From contig CBDIIB010000004.1 in assembly GCA_965279525.1 (NCBI GenBank), positions 288,001 through 352,000 on the forward strand: a DNA stretch of 64,000 nucleotides. The letters are read 5' to 3'. Each line of letters starts with the position of its first letter. The first letter of the stretch is position 1. This DNA comes from Tagaea sp. Its GTDB lineage: Bacteria; Pseudomonadota; Alphaproteobacteria; CACIAM-22H2. A model generated the notes under the pieces. It was not told the DNA's origin. It did no database searches and saw only the letters and a list, made by a program, of their open reading frames with translations. This document shows, piece by piece, positions 8,436-18,381 of the stretch. The translations under genes were made by a program, and so were the position numbers.

Positions 8436-9089
8436 CTATGTGCTGATGACAGTTTGGCCAAATCGCGGCCACCAGCGAGGAGTCCTTGCAGCATACTGCA
8501 TATACTGGTCTCCGAATTCCCTTTCGGCCTGTCGTTCTTCGTTGATCGCAAGCCGGATGTACATCGCGATAAGGAACGGGAACATGACAAGAGTCAGGAT
8601 CGTCGGCCACTGCAGCAGGAACCCGGCCATGATCGCGACAAAGCCGGCATATTGCGGATGCCGCATCCGGGCATAAGGGCCGGTTGAGGCAAGTTGATGA
8701 TTCTTCTGCGCAGAATGCAGGACTGGCCATGCTGCAGCTAGAAGGATGAAGCCACCGGCGATGAATACATTGCTGACAAGGTGCAGCGCCCCGAGATGGG
8801 CATTTCCCTCCGTGCCAAGGATCGTTGTCCACAGATGCCCCGAGTCATGAGACATCAGATCTATGCTCGGGTAACGACTTTGCAGCCATCCGGACAGAAG
8901 GTATATCGTCAGCGGAATGCCATACATCTCGACAAACAGCGCGACAATGAAGCTTGAAAACGCTCCGAACGAACGCCAGTCAACTGTCGTCTGCGGCTTC
9001 GTGAAGCTATAGGCGAAAATGATGAAAACAAGGCTGTTGAATATGACGAGCGACCAGAGGCCGTAGGCCGGGATGGCGTCGGGGCTCAT
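8436..9089 (-). CDS. Isoprenylcysteine carboxylmethyltransferase (ICMT/PEMT)-family membrane protein
   Basis: ALFVEMYGIPLTIY, GPYARMRHPQY, EEROA-like EE motif, YAARTPRW. Confidence 0.9.
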   Translation of the reverse strand: MSPDAIPAYGLWSLVIFNSLVFIIFAYSFTKPQTTVDWRSFGAFSSFIVALFVEMYGIPLTIYLLSGWLQSRYPSIDLMSHDSGHLWTTILGTEGNAHLGALHLVSNVFIAGGFILLAAAWPVLHSAQKNHQLASTGPYARMRHPQYAGFVAIMAGFLLQWPTILTLVMFPFLIAMYIRLAINEERQAEREFGDQYMQYAARTPRWWPRFGQTVIST

Positions 9090-9337
9090 ACTTTGTCTCC
9101 CTTCTGGGAATCCACTGCGCTGGCTTCCTTATGATCGCCATGCTTATGGCCGCCGTGCCCGCCATGACCGTGGAACATATGCATCAAAGGGCAAGCGAGA
9201 AGCAGCAGATAGGGAAGGGCACTGATGGCATGTGCCCGATGTTCGGTAATCACAAAGTATCCTGCAATCGCAAGGAATACGAAAAGGATGAAGCAGCTTC
9301 GTGTCCGCCACCATGGCACTTGAGTTTCGTCGATCAT
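9086..9337 (-). CDS. DUF2933-family membrane protein
   Basis: EHRAH..LPYLLLLACPLMHMFHGHGGHGGH; GGAGG RBS. Confidence 0.9.
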   Translation of the reverse strand: MIDETQVPWWRTRSCFILFVFLAIAGYFVITEHRAHAISALPYLLLLACPLMHMFHGHGGHGGHKHGDHKEASAVDSQKGDKV

Positions 9338-9382
9338 TGCTTCCTCCAAGGGCGCCAACGAAATAATTCAGCCGATTGCTTG

Positions 9383-9958
9383 TTACATCATGCCCATCGG
9401 ACCGGCGAGAAGCTCGTCGGCAAGTTTCTTCTGGTCGCCGGTCAATACTTGATAGAGCGGAGTAAGTGCACCCTTGATTCCGCGCACGGCAGCAAGGCTC
9501 TTCACGAGCGTCTGCTCTTGTCGGTCCAGTATGTCTGGTGCAGACGGCTGGCCCATTGTACCCGACATCATGGGAGGCATAGGAGAAGGCGCACTACCCG
9601 CATTGGCGCGAAGAGCGTCGGCATACTTGGCCCATTGGGCATCCTGAGAATGCGTGATCTTGAGTTCCGCTTTGAGGAACGCGATCCGACCTTCGATATG
9701 ACGCGAACCCATGCCGGCCATCATCGCATTTCCATGCATCATCGACATCATGCGGCCCATGTCAGCGCCGCCCATCATGCCGCCGCCTGCAGGCATGCCG
9801 AGTTGTGCGCCCGGCATCGCAGGCGGCCATGTCAGAGGCGTCGATTGGCCAGCGGGATGATGGGGATCTGCGCCAGCCTGCGGCGAAGTCTGAGCGAGGG
9901 CCGACCCTGCGACGAGAAGAGTAAGGATGGCGGCTGCTGAAATGACATGTGTGCGCAT
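9383..9958 (-). CDS. Spy/CpxP (LTXXQ)-family Met-rich periplasmic protein
   Basis: Signal peptide, Met-rich segment, IEGRIAFLKAELKIT..Q, PLYQVLTGDQKKLAD. Confidence 0.85.
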   Translation of the reverse strand: MRTHVISAAAILTLLVAGSALAQTSPQAGADPHHPAGQSTPLTWPPAMPGAQLGMPAGGGMMGGADMGRMMSMMHGNAMMAGMGSRHIEGRIAFLKAELKITHSQDAQWAKYADALRANAGSAPSPMPPMMSGTMGQPSAPDILDRQEQTLVKSLAAVRGIKGALTPLYQVLTGDQKKLADELLAGPMGMM

Positions 9959-10160
9959 GGGAATCTCCCGAAGTTAAGTCCTAGCTTGATCCCGAGATTG
10001 CGCCTTTTTTCGGCATGCATCCTTGATGCAAGTCAACGCGTCCACAACTATAGTTTAGGAAACTTTCAGTATTACAGGCCTCTAGCCATACCATCGTTGG
10101 AGTGTTGTGTGACGGCCCGCCGCAATTCGGGCGGCATTTGCAGATACTCGGGATGTCATC

Positions 10161-12509
10161 ATGAAAACCTCAGACCATCATTCAAGCCATACCCATGCAC
10201 CGAACACTTCGGGCCGACATGCCAAGGATCCCGTATGCGGGATGATGGTCGATACGGCCGCAGCGAAGCACTCAAGTACCTTTGCTGAACAGGTCTTCTA
10301 TTTCTGCAGCTCCAAATGTCTGGGGAAGTTCACCGCCGAGCCTGCCAAGTTTGCCGGCAGGCAAGCGGCTTCAGGCAATGTGCCCGCACGAACCGGTGCC
10401 GTCTATACATGCCCGATGCACCCGGAGATCCGGCGAGATGCGCCGGGGACCTGTCCCAAATGCGGAATGGCGCTCGAACCGGTCGACGGAGTTGGCGATG
10501 CCGGCTCGAATCCCGAGCTCGCTGATATGTGGCGTCGCTTCTGGGTCGGCGGAGTCCTAAGTGTGCCCATGCTCGCTCTAGAGATGGGAGCCCATTTCCC
10601 GGGGCTGAATCTGCATCACTATGTGCCTGCGACTATGAGCCTTTGGATCCAGTTCGCTCTCGGCACGCCGGTCGTGATCTGGGCCGGGTGGCCATTCTTT
10701 GTCCGTGGATGGATTTCGGTCCGGACAGGTGCGCTCAACATGTTCACGTTGATCGCGCTGGGCGTCGGAACCGCCTATCTCTACAGCCTGGTGGCCGCAT
10801 TCCTGCCTCATCTGTTTCCGCCCGGGCTTCGGGATGCAGAGGGGCTGGTCGCCGTCTATTTCGAGGCGGCTGCAGTCATTACCGTGCTCGTGCTGTTGGG
10901 GCAGTATCTCGAGATCCGCGCGCGCGAGCAGACCGGCAGCGCCATTCGCGCGCTGCTCGATCTGGCGCCGAAAACGGCGCGACGTATCAAGGCCGACGGC
11001 GATGACGAAGACGTGTCGCTCGATCAGGTCCAGATCGGCGACAAGCTGCGCGTGCGCCCGGGCGGCGCTGTCCCGGTCGACGGCATCGTCGTTGACGGCC
11101 GAGGTCCTGTCGATGAATCAATGGTCACCGGTGAATCCATGCCGGTTGCCAAGGAGCCTGGCGCGCGTCTGATTGGCGGAACCGTCAACGGGACGGGCAG
11201 TCTCATCATGGAAGCGCAGAAGATCGGCGCTGATACGATGCTGTCCCAGATCGTACACATGGTGTCCCAGGCGCAGCGCAGTCGGGCGCCGATCCAGCGG
11301 CTTGCGGACGAGGTCTCCGGATACTTTGTGCCCGCGGTCCTTGTGATAGCCCTCATTTCGTTCGTAGCGTGGGTGATCTGGGGGCCGGAGCCCGCATTCG
11401 CCTATGCGCTGGTCGCGGCCGTCAGTGTCGTCATTATTGCTTGTCCGTGCGCGCTCGGGCTCGCGACGCCGATGTCGATCATGGTTGGTGTCGGCAAGGG
11501 AGCAGGTGCCGGGGTCCTGATCCGCAATGCCGAGTCTCTGGAGCGGATGGAGAAGGTCAATACGCTCGTCGTCGACAAGACCGGAACTCTCACAGAGGGA
11601 AAGCCGAAAGTCGTCGCTGTTGTTGTGGCCAATGGATTCACGGAAGATGAAGTTCTGGCTCTCGCTACCGGTCTTGAACGGTCAAGCGAGCATCCACTTG
11701 CCGCAGCAATTGTTTTAGCAGCACAAGAGAAGAAGTTGGCCATCGGCGATGTCACCGACTTTGTCTCGCTGACCGGGCGGGGTGTGTCCGGGCGCGTCGC
11801 GGGACGAGATGTGTCACTCGGCAATGCAAAGCTGATGGAGGAACAAAAAGTTGATACCACGGCGCTAGATCCGCGGATCGGGGAACTCCAGCGTGGCGGA
11901 ACAGCGATGCTGGTTGCGGTCGATGGCCGGGTGGCAGGCTTGATTGGTGTCGCAGACCCGATCAAGGCATCGGCTGCAGGTGCGATCTCGGATCTTCGTG
12001 CCGCAGGAATGCATATCGTGATGCTGACTGGTGACAACAAGACGACCGCTTCCGCTGTTGCTGAAAAGCTCGGGATTTCCGAGGTTCAGGCGGAGGTGCT
12101 GCCGGAGCAGAAAAATCAGATCGTGCGACGTATGCGCGCCGAAGGCCGTGTTGTGGCGATGGCCGGTGATGGCGTGAACGATGCTCCTGCATTGGCCGAA
12201 GCCGATGTCGGCATCGCGATGGGCACTGGCACCGAGGTCGCGTTGCAGAGTGCGGGAGTAACTCTTCTGAAAGGGGATCTGGTCGGAATCATGCGCGCGC
12301 GGGTTCTCAGTCAGGCGACGATGCGGAACATTCGACAGAATCTTGTTCTCGCGTTTGTCTACAACGTGCTTGGTATCCCTTTGGCAGCCGGCGTGCTCTA
12401 TCCGACGTTCGGATGGCTTCTCAGCCCGATCGTCGCGGCCGCGGCAATGAGCCTCAGTTCAGTCTCGGTCGTCGGCAACTCGCTGCGACTGCGGTTGCTG
12501 AAAATTTAA
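10161..12509 (+). CDS. Cu(I)/Ag(I) P1B-type ATPase with YHS and HMBD N-terminal domains (SilP/CopA-like)
   Basis: KDPVCGM, YTCPMHP..CPKCGM, TGES, CPC, DKTGT, SEHP, GDGVND, YN and MSLSS motifs. Confidence 0.95.
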   Translation: MKTSDHHSSHTHAPNTSGRHAKDPVCGMMVDTAAAKHSSTFAEQVFYFCSSKCLGKFTAEPAKFAGRQAASGNVPARTGAVYTCPMHPEIRRDAPGTCPKCGMALEPVDGVGDAGSNPELADMWRRFWVGGVLSVPMLALEMGAHFPGLNLHHYVPATMSLWIQFALGTPVVIWAGWPFFVRGWISVRTGALNMFTLIALGVGTAYLYSLVAAFLPHLFPPGLRDAEGLVAVYFEAAAVITVLVLLGQYLEIRAREQTGSAIRALLDLAPKTARRIKADGDDEDVSLDQVQIGDKLRVRPGGAVPVDGIVVDGRGPVDESMVTGESMPVAKEPGARLIGGTVNGTGSLIMEAQKIGADTMLSQIVHMVSQAQRSRAPIQRLADEVSGYFVPAVLVIALISFVAWVIWGPEPAFAYALVAAVSVVIIACPCALGLATPMSIMVGVGKGAGAGVLIRNAESLERMEKVNTLVVDKTGTLTEGKPKVVAVVVANGFTEDEVLALATGLERSSEHPLAAAIVLAAQEKKLAIGDVTDFVSLTGRGVSGRVAGRDVSLGNAKLMEEQKVDTTALDPRIGELQRGGTAMLVAVDGRVAGLIGVADPIKASAAGAISDLRAAGMHIVMLTGDNKTTASAVAEKLGISEVQAEVLPEQKNQIVRRMRAEGRVVAMAGDGVNDAPALAEADVGIAMGTGTEVALQSAGVTLLKGDLVGIMRARVLSQATMRNIRQNLVLAFVYNVLGIPLAAGVLYPTFGWLLSPIVAAAAMSLSSVSVVGNSLRLRLLKI

Positions 12510-12517
12510 TTACTCAT

Positions 12518-15500
12518 CTACGAGACGGACTTTCGCGCTGCGTCGCCAACTTTTGGAGTAGCGGCATTGTTCATTATTGCTTCTGCGGGCAGCCCCCATC
12601 CTTTGACGATTCCATAGACAGCCGGTATCACGACCAGCGTCAGAATTGTCGATGACATCATTCCGCCGATCATCGGCACAGCGATGCGTTGCATGATCTC
12701 CGAACCGGCCCCTGTACTCCAAAGGATGGGGAACAAACCTGCCATGATGGCGATGACCGTCATTATCTTCGGACGAACACGATCGACTGCACCGCGCATG
12801 ATCGCTTGACGCAAGTCTGCTTGAGTAAACTCCCTAAAAGCGGAACTACATTCAGCCTTCACTTCCGACACCGCCTGTTGGAGATAGATCAGCATGATTA
12901 CACCGGTCTCGGCCGCTACTCCCGCCAAGGCAATGAATCCGACGGCGACAGCAACAGATGTATTGAATTCCATCCACCACATCAGCCAGACGCCGCCCAC
13001 GAGTGCGAAGGGTAGCGAAAGCATGACGATGAGCGTCTCGGGAAGTGCCCGGAAGTTCATGTAGAGCAGCATAAAAATGACGAGCAGGGTCGCCGGCACG
13101 ACGATCTTGAGGCGAGCCTCGGCGCGCTGGAGATATTCGAATTGTCCGCTCCAAGTGACATGAGTACTGGGGGGCAGTCTCACCTCATTTGCCACCACGC
13201 GCTGAGCATCCGCTACGTAACCGCCGAGATCGCGCCCGACGATATCGACAAAGATATAGACCGCGAGCTGGCCGTTCTCCGTCCGGATCGAAGTCGCTCC
13301 GCGTGTCAGCTCGACTTTGGCGACCTCGCCGAGCGGCAGGGTGCCGCCGGAGGGGAGCGGGATCTGCACTTCATGGGCGATCGATTGTGGGTCGCTTCTG
13401 AAGTCCCTTGGATAGCGGATTGCAACCCCGTATCGCTCACGACCTTCAACCGTCGTCGTCAGGATTTCGGCGCCCAGCGCCATCGAAATCACGTCCTGCA
13501 CGTCGCGGATCGACAGTCCGTATCGGCCGAGTACCATACGGTCTGGTGTGATTTCGAGATAGTAGCCCCCAATGACCCGCTCGGCATATGCGCTGGAAGT
13601 CCCGGGGACAGATCGAAGTACACGCTCGATCTCGCGGGCCGCCGATTCCATTTGTGCGAGATCGGTCCCAAAAACCTTGACGCCGACGGGTGTGCGAATT
13701 CCGGTCGCGAGCATGTCGATGCGGGCGCGGATCGGCATCGTCCATGCATTCGAAACCCCTGGAAACTGGAGTGCCTGATCCATCTCGGACTTGAGGCTGG
13801 CGATGGTAACGCCCGGACGCCATTCGCTCTTTGGTTTGAGGTTGACGATGGTCTCGAACATCTCGATGGGTGCCGGGTCGGTCGCCGTGAGCGCACGTCC
13901 GGCCTTGCCGTAAACCGACGCGACCTCCGGGAAGGTCTTGATTATCCTGTCCTGCACCTGCAGCAGCTCGGCCGCCTTCGTTACCGACAGACCCGGTAAT
14001 GTCGTCGGCATGTACATCAGGGTGCCTTCGTCAAGATCCGGCATGAACTCGGATCCAAGCTGCCTTGCAGGCCAGATGGTAACTCCAAGGACGGCAATCG
14101 CGACAAGAATGGTGAGCGTTCGGGCTTTCAGAACGCCGCGGATGATCGGTCGATATATCCAGATCAGGAATCGGTTCATCGGATTTCGTTGCTCGGGAAC
14201 GATACGCCCCCGAACAAAGATCACCATGAGGGCCGGTACCAGGGTTACCGACAGGATTGCAGCTCCGGCCATTGCGAACGTCTTGGTAAAGGCAAGCGGG
14301 CCGAAAAGACGACCTTCCTGGGCTTCCAGCGTAAAGATGGGAAGGAAGGAGACGGTAATCACGAGCAGGCTGAAAAACAGCGCAGGACCGACCTCGCTCG
14401 CCGCTGCGATCAGGACCTCGACGCGGGGTTTGTCCGGAGGCGATCGCTCGAGATGCTTGTGCGCATTCTCGATCATCACGATCGCGGCATCAATCATCGC
14501 GCCGACGGCAATTGCGATGCCGCCAAGGCTCATGATGTTCGAGCCAAGCCCGATGGCCTTCATCGCCGCAAAAGCCATCAGGATGCCAACGGGGAGCATG
14601 AGGATGGCAACGAGCGCACTGCGCAAGTGCAGAAGGAATACGACGCAGACAATTGCGACGATAATGCTTTCCTCGATCAACGTGACCTTCAAGTTTTGAA
14701 TCGCACGGTCGATCAGCTCGGATCGGTCGTAAACAGCAACGATCTCGGTTCCGGACGGGAGGCTGGTCGATATCTCGGCGAGCCGCTCTTTGACATTCCG
14801 GATCACGGTCAGGGCATTGGAGCTGAGCCGCTGGAGGACGATGCCGCTCGCGACTTCGCCCTCGCCATTCAGCTCGGCAATGCCGCGGCGTTCGTCCGGG
14901 ACGATCTCAACCCTTGCGATATCGCCGATCCGAAGCGCCACACCGCGGTCAGATCTGAGAGTGATATTTTCTATATCTGCAATACTCTTGAGGTATCCGC
15001 GGCCCCTTACCATGAATTCGAACTCGGACATCTCGATCGTACGTCCGCCCACATCCGAGTTGCTCGCCTTCACGGCATCCCGCAGCCGACTGAGCGGAAT
15101 GCCCTGTGCGCGTAGGCGACTGGGATCTACGACGATCGAATACTGTTTGACGAAGCCGCCGACACTGGCGATCTCGGCGACGCCCTCGGCTTTCGACGCT
15201 GCATAGCGAATTACCCAATCCTGCAAGGATCGGAGTTCGGCAAGCGTCGCTTCCCTGGCGACGACGGCGTACTGATAGACCCAACCGACACCAGTCGCGT
15301 CGGGTCCCAGACTTGGCGTGATGCCCGCCGGAAGGCGCCGGGCGGCTGCGTTCAGATACTCGAGCACGCGGCTGCGCGCCCAATAGGCATCCGTCCCATC
15401 CTCGAAGATGACGTAGACGAACGACACGCCGAAGAAGGAGAAGCCGCGCACCACCTTGGAACGCGGTACGGTCAGCATTGAAGTTGTCAATGGGTAGGTG

Positions 15501-15694
15501 ACTTGGTCTTCGACGACCTGCGGTGCCTGGCCGGGGTACTCGGTGTAGACGATGACCTGAACGTCCGACAGATCAGGGATCGCGTCGAGAGGAAGCGTGC
15601 GAAGCGCATAGATGCCGCTTGCAACGGCGAGGAGCGTTCCGAACAGGATCAGGACAAGATTGCTGGCTGACCAGCGGATGAGGCGCGCAATCAT
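12518..15694 (-). CDS. cusA: HME-RND Cu/Ag efflux transporter
   Basis: LDAIPDLSDVQVI, GPDATGVGWVYQY, EFMPDLDEG..MYMP, DPAPIEMFET, RIDMLATG. Confidence 0.95.
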   Translation of the reverse strand: MIARLIRWSASNLVLILFGTLLAVASGIYALRTLPLDAIPDLSDVQVIVYTEYPGQAPQVVEDQVTYPLTTSMLTVPRSKVVRGFSFFGVSFVYVIFEDGTDAYWARSRVLEYLNAAARRLPAGITPSLGPDATGVGWVYQYAVVAREATLAELRSLQDWVIRYAASKAEGVAEIASVGGFVKQYSIVVDPSRLRAQGIPLSRLRDAVKASNSDVGGRTIEMSEFEFMVRGRGYLKSIADIENITLRSDRGVALRIGDIARVEIVPDERRGIAELNGEGEVASGIVLQRLSSNALTVIRNVKERLAEISTSLPSGTEIVAVYDRSELIDRAIQNLKVTLIEESIIVAIVCVVFLLHLRSALVAILMLPVGILMAFAAMKAIGLGSNIMSLGGIAIAVGAMIDAAIVMIENAHKHLERSPPDKPRVEVLIAAASEVGPALFFSLLVITVSFLPIFTLEAQEGRLFGPLAFTKTFAMAGAAILSVTLVPALMVIFVRGRIVPEQRNPMNRFLIWIYRPIIRGVLKARTLTILVAIAVLGVTIWPARQLGSEFMPDLDEGTLMYMPTTLPGLSVTKAAELLQVQDRIIKTFPEVASVYGKAGRALTATDPAPIEMFETIVNLKPKSEWRPGVTIASLKSEMDQALQFPGVSNAWTMPIRARIDMLATGIRTPVGVKVFGTDLAQMESAAREIERVLRSVPGTSSAYAERVIGGYYLEITPDRMVLGRYGLSIRDVQDVISMALGAEILTTTVEGRERYGVAIRYPRDFRSDPQSIAHEVQIPLPSGGTLPLGEVAKVELTRGATSIRTENGQLAVYIFVDIVGRDLGGYVADAQRVVANEVRLPPSTHVTWSGQFEYLQRAEARLKIVVPATLLVIFMLLYMNFRALPETLIVMLSLPFALVGGVWLMWWMEFNTSVAVAVGFIALAGVAAETGVIMLIYLQQAVSEVKAECSSAFREFTQADLRQAIMRGAVDRVRPKIMTVIAIMAGLFPILWSTGAGSEIMQRIAVPMIGGMMSSTILTLVVIPAVYGIVKGWGLPAEAIMNNAATPKVGDAARKSVS

Positions 15695-17097
15695 GGCCGT
15701 GGCTCCGGCGACGTGAGGCTGCGCAACGCTGCTTTCAGATTGCTTTCGGCGTCGATCAGGAAGTTCGCCGCGACGACGGCCTTTTCTCCAACGGCAATCC
15801 CGTCCCGGATCTCGGTGTAACCTTCGCCACGCGTGCCGATCTTGACGGCGCGTGGCTCAAACCGCCCGCCGCCTTTGTCGATGATGACGATCTGCCGGTT
15901 ACCCGAATCGATCATGGCGCTGTCGGGCACCGCGACGACCGGATCGGGCGTACCGGTGCCGACCTCTACATCGACATACATGTTCGGGAGCAGGAAGCCC
16001 GATGGGTTTGGAATTTCGATCCGCACCTTTCCCGTCCGGGCTATCTCGCCGATCTGAGGGTAGATCACCGAAATTCGGCCCTCGACCGGATCTACTCCTC
16101 GATGCCGGAATCGAATGCGCGCAGTTGCACCCACGCGAACTGCCGCGAGGTCGTATTCCGGTATATCGGCGACAACCCAGACGGTCGAAATGTCCGCGAT
16201 CCGGAACAGAGGATCGCCCGCCGCGACTTTCATCCCACTGGCGATGTTGCGCTCGAGTACGACACCGTCGCGAGGTGATTTCCACGCTATCGAGAGTGGC
16301 GGCTTTAGGGTACGCTCGATCTCGGCGATCGCGTCTGGCATTACGCCAAGATTCTCCAGGCGTTGCCGAGCGCCGCCGGAACCAGCTCCGGGACCTGAAT
16401 TTCTGAGTTCGGTCAGGAACTGCGCACCGGCGACGGCGATTTCAGGAGAGTAAATCCTGAAAAGACTTTGCCCCTTCGTGACGCGATCACCTGTCGTGAC
16501 GCTGGCGACCTCTTCAACAAAAGAGTCGCTTCGTGTCGCGACGACTGAGATCCGCCGCTCGTCCAACTGCACCGTCCCTGGTGCGCGGACAACCCTGACG
16601 ATCGCCCGGCGTACGACTTCCTCGGAGCGCACACCGGTTCGCTGAAGCCTACCAAGCGAGATCTTTACGGCCGGTCCATCATTCTCGTCGTCGTAGACGG
16701 GGATGTATTCCATCCCCATCGAATCCTTCTTCGGCTTCGGCGAGGTGTCGGCTAGTCCCATCGGGTTCCGGTAGTAGAGGATGCGTCTGGGGGCTGCACT
16801 TTCTTGGATATCTGCAGAGACCGACGACTTGTCTTCGAAGCCGACGTCCTCATCCGCATGGACGGGGCGGAAAGGTCGTCCATCGTCGGTCTGTTTGGGT
16901 GTCGCCGAATAAACGGGCTTGCCGTCCGGATCGACATAGTAGATGACCGGATCGAGGCTGGATGACGCACCTGCGGCGGAGGACGCCCCATTGGTGGTGT
17001 TCTCCGTTGAGCTATCCTGCCGTCCGATCCAGTAGCCTCCAGCGCCGGACATCGATACGACGCCTAGAGCAAGGCATGTCATGGCTAACCGGTTCAT
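15691..17097 (-). CDS. cusB: RND periplasmic adaptor
   Basis: YYRNPMG..PKKDSMGMEYIPVY, LLPNMY, FLIDAESNL; 4-nt overlap with cusA. Confidence 0.92.
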   Translation of the reverse strand: MNRLAMTCLALGVVSMSGAGGYWIGRQDSSTENTTNGASSAAGASSSLDPVIYYVDPDGKPVYSATPKQTDDGRPFRPVHADEDVGFEDKSSVSADIQESAAPRRILYYRNPMGLADTSPKPKKDSMGMEYIPVYDDENDGPAVKISLGRLQRTGVRSEEVVRRAIVRVVRAPGTVQLDERRISVVATRSDSFVEEVASVTTGDRVTKGQSLFRIYSPEIAVAGAQFLTELRNSGPGAGSGGARQRLENLGVMPDAIAEIERTLKPPLSIAWKSPRDGVVLERNIASGMKVAAGDPLFRIADISTVWVVADIPEYDLAAVRVGATARIRFRHRGVDPVEGRISVIYPQIGEIARTGKVRIEIPNPSGFLLPNMYVDVEVGTGTPDPVVAVPDSAMIDSGNRQIVIIDKGGGRFEPRAVKIGTRGEGYTEIRDGIAVGEKAVVAANFLIDAESNLKAALRSLTSPEPRP

Positions 17098-17501
17098 TTT
17101 ACGGCCTTTAGAAGAAGTTTGTTATCGAGCGTGCCCGTCTCGCCTTGAATCTTCGCCGCTAGCGACAGTTGCCAACCGCCGACCATCGTCAGGGCGGTTC
17201 TGAACCGATAGATGCCAGGTTCGTTGGACGGCAACGCTTCGATCGGCGAGTTCATGGTAGGCATGCCGTCTGGCGCCATGTCGATGCGAGTCGCGAAAAT
17301 GACCGCACCTGGCACGGCTTTTCCGGTTCGCTTGTCGATCAGCCGGACCGCTACCTCGGCGTTGCTGCCTTGCTTGATGGTTGTCTGAATCAGGCGAAAC
17401 TCGTAGTCGCCGATTTCGGCACTTGCCGGCACAACTGAAACGACCGACAGGGCGCATGCGAGCGCCGCCGCAGTGGCGCGGTTGGAGAAGAGCGTTGACA
17501 T
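17094..17501 (-). CDS. FixH/YtkA-like periplasmic protein of cus operons
   Basis: Signal peptide, IFATRIDMAPDGM, PGIYRF, GGWQLSLAAKIQGE. Confidence 0.85.
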   Translation of the reverse strand: MSTLFSNRATAAALACALSVVSVVPASAEIGDYEFRLIQTTIKQGSNAEVAVRLIDKRTGKAVPGAVIFATRIDMAPDGMPTMNSPIEALPSNEPGIYRFRTALTMVGGWQLSLAAKIQGETGTLDNKLLLKAVK

Positions 17502-17638
17502 GATTTTGCGATCCCAGGTTCGAGGCACATCGGTTCGCCGAACAAAAAGTTCGACGGCGCGCGGCATAGGTCCACGCACTCTCGATCACCGGTTGGCTTG
17601 CCGGTAATCCCGGCCGACGCGCAAGCGCCGGCGATGCC

Positions 17639-17986
17639 CTAGGTTCGCGGAGGTCGCGCCGGCGGCTTCATGCCGATTGGTCTGTCCAGAAAATCGCTGC
17701 TTGGCTTGTCGAGACTTCGGGCCATCAGAAATTCGAAGCTCGCCGGAGATTTGAACGGCAATCCGGAAACAAAATTTGGCGTGCAGGCCACCAATAGCTG
17801 GCAAGCCTTTTCGCAATCCGGGGTAACAGGCTGCCCATTTGGGCAACAGGGCATGCCATCCGACATCTCGCCCATGATGGTGGACGGCGCTGTCACAAGG
17901 CTCGTCGCTTCGTTAAATGGGCCGAACACGATAGCGAGGGTTGCAATTGCGACAACCAACCAGCGATGCGCTGCCGAGCATTTCAT
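17639..17986 (-). CDS. CopL/DUF2946-like Cys-rich leader protein
   Basis: Hydrophobic N-terminus, MPCCP..PDCEKAC, C-terminal PPARPPR. Confidence 0.7.
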   Translation of the reverse strand: MKCSAAHRWLVVAIATLAIVFGPFNEATSLVTAPSTIMGEMSDGMPCCPNGQPVTPDCEKACQLLVACTPNFVSGLPFKSPASFEFLMARSLDKPSSDFLDRPIGMKPPARPPRT

Positions 17987-18042
17987 CTCGGTACTATCTC
18001 ACAGCAGGCAGCATTGGAGAAGTTCTCTATACGTCTGTCGCT

Positions 18043-18081
18043 GGTACAATTCGTTACGTTACGAAATCAGCCTGATACACG
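18043..18081. promoter_or_regulatory. Putative OmpR-family response-regulator box (G(A)TACA-NTTC-GTTAC)
   Basis: TACAATTCGTTACG is identical to the reverse-strand copy at 28878-28891; extended similarity to 31475-31507. Confidence 0.6.
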
Positions 18082-18151
18082 AGGGGTATATCGTCAGATG
18101 ACGTCACCAAGGCAATTCGAAGGCTCAGCGCAGCATCACGCGAAAATCTAG

Positions 18152-18286
18152 ATGGGAAGAAATCCGATGGGCCACAATGAGATGTCTATGCCTGGTGATA
18201 TGGTGCTGATGTGGATTTTCGGGCTGCTAGTCCTCGTGGTTCTTGTGCTTGCAGCACTAGCTCTCATTAAATACCTGCGCACCTGA
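18152..18286 (+). CDS. Small Met-rich single-pass membrane protein (44 aa; not in ORF track)
   Basis: MGRNPMGHNEMSMPGDMVLMWIFGLLVLVVLVLAALALIKYLRT; alternative start 18167. Confidence 0.7.
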   Translation: MGRNPMGHNEMSMPGDMVLMWIFGLLVLVVLVLAALALIKYLRT

Positions 18287-18328
18287 TCGCGTTCTGGCCG
18301 TCGGGTCCACGGGGAATGAATTAGCCCC

Positions 18329-18359
18329 TTGACCTTCCCACGAGGGAAGGGTGCACGAA
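18329..18359 (+). promoter_or_regulatory. CueR-type promoter/operator for copA
   Basis: -35 TTGACC followed by dyad CCTTCCC-ACGA-GGGAAGG. Confidence 0.85.
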
Positions 18360-18381
18360 GTCTCCCAGAAGGGAGAATTCC

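Noticed and set aside
18332-18351. copA operator as a 1-bp deletion mutant (6-bp apparent spacer)
   Set aside because: The CA-starting -10 still lies 19 bp from the -35 as in the copZ promoter, so a sequence variant is the simpler reading
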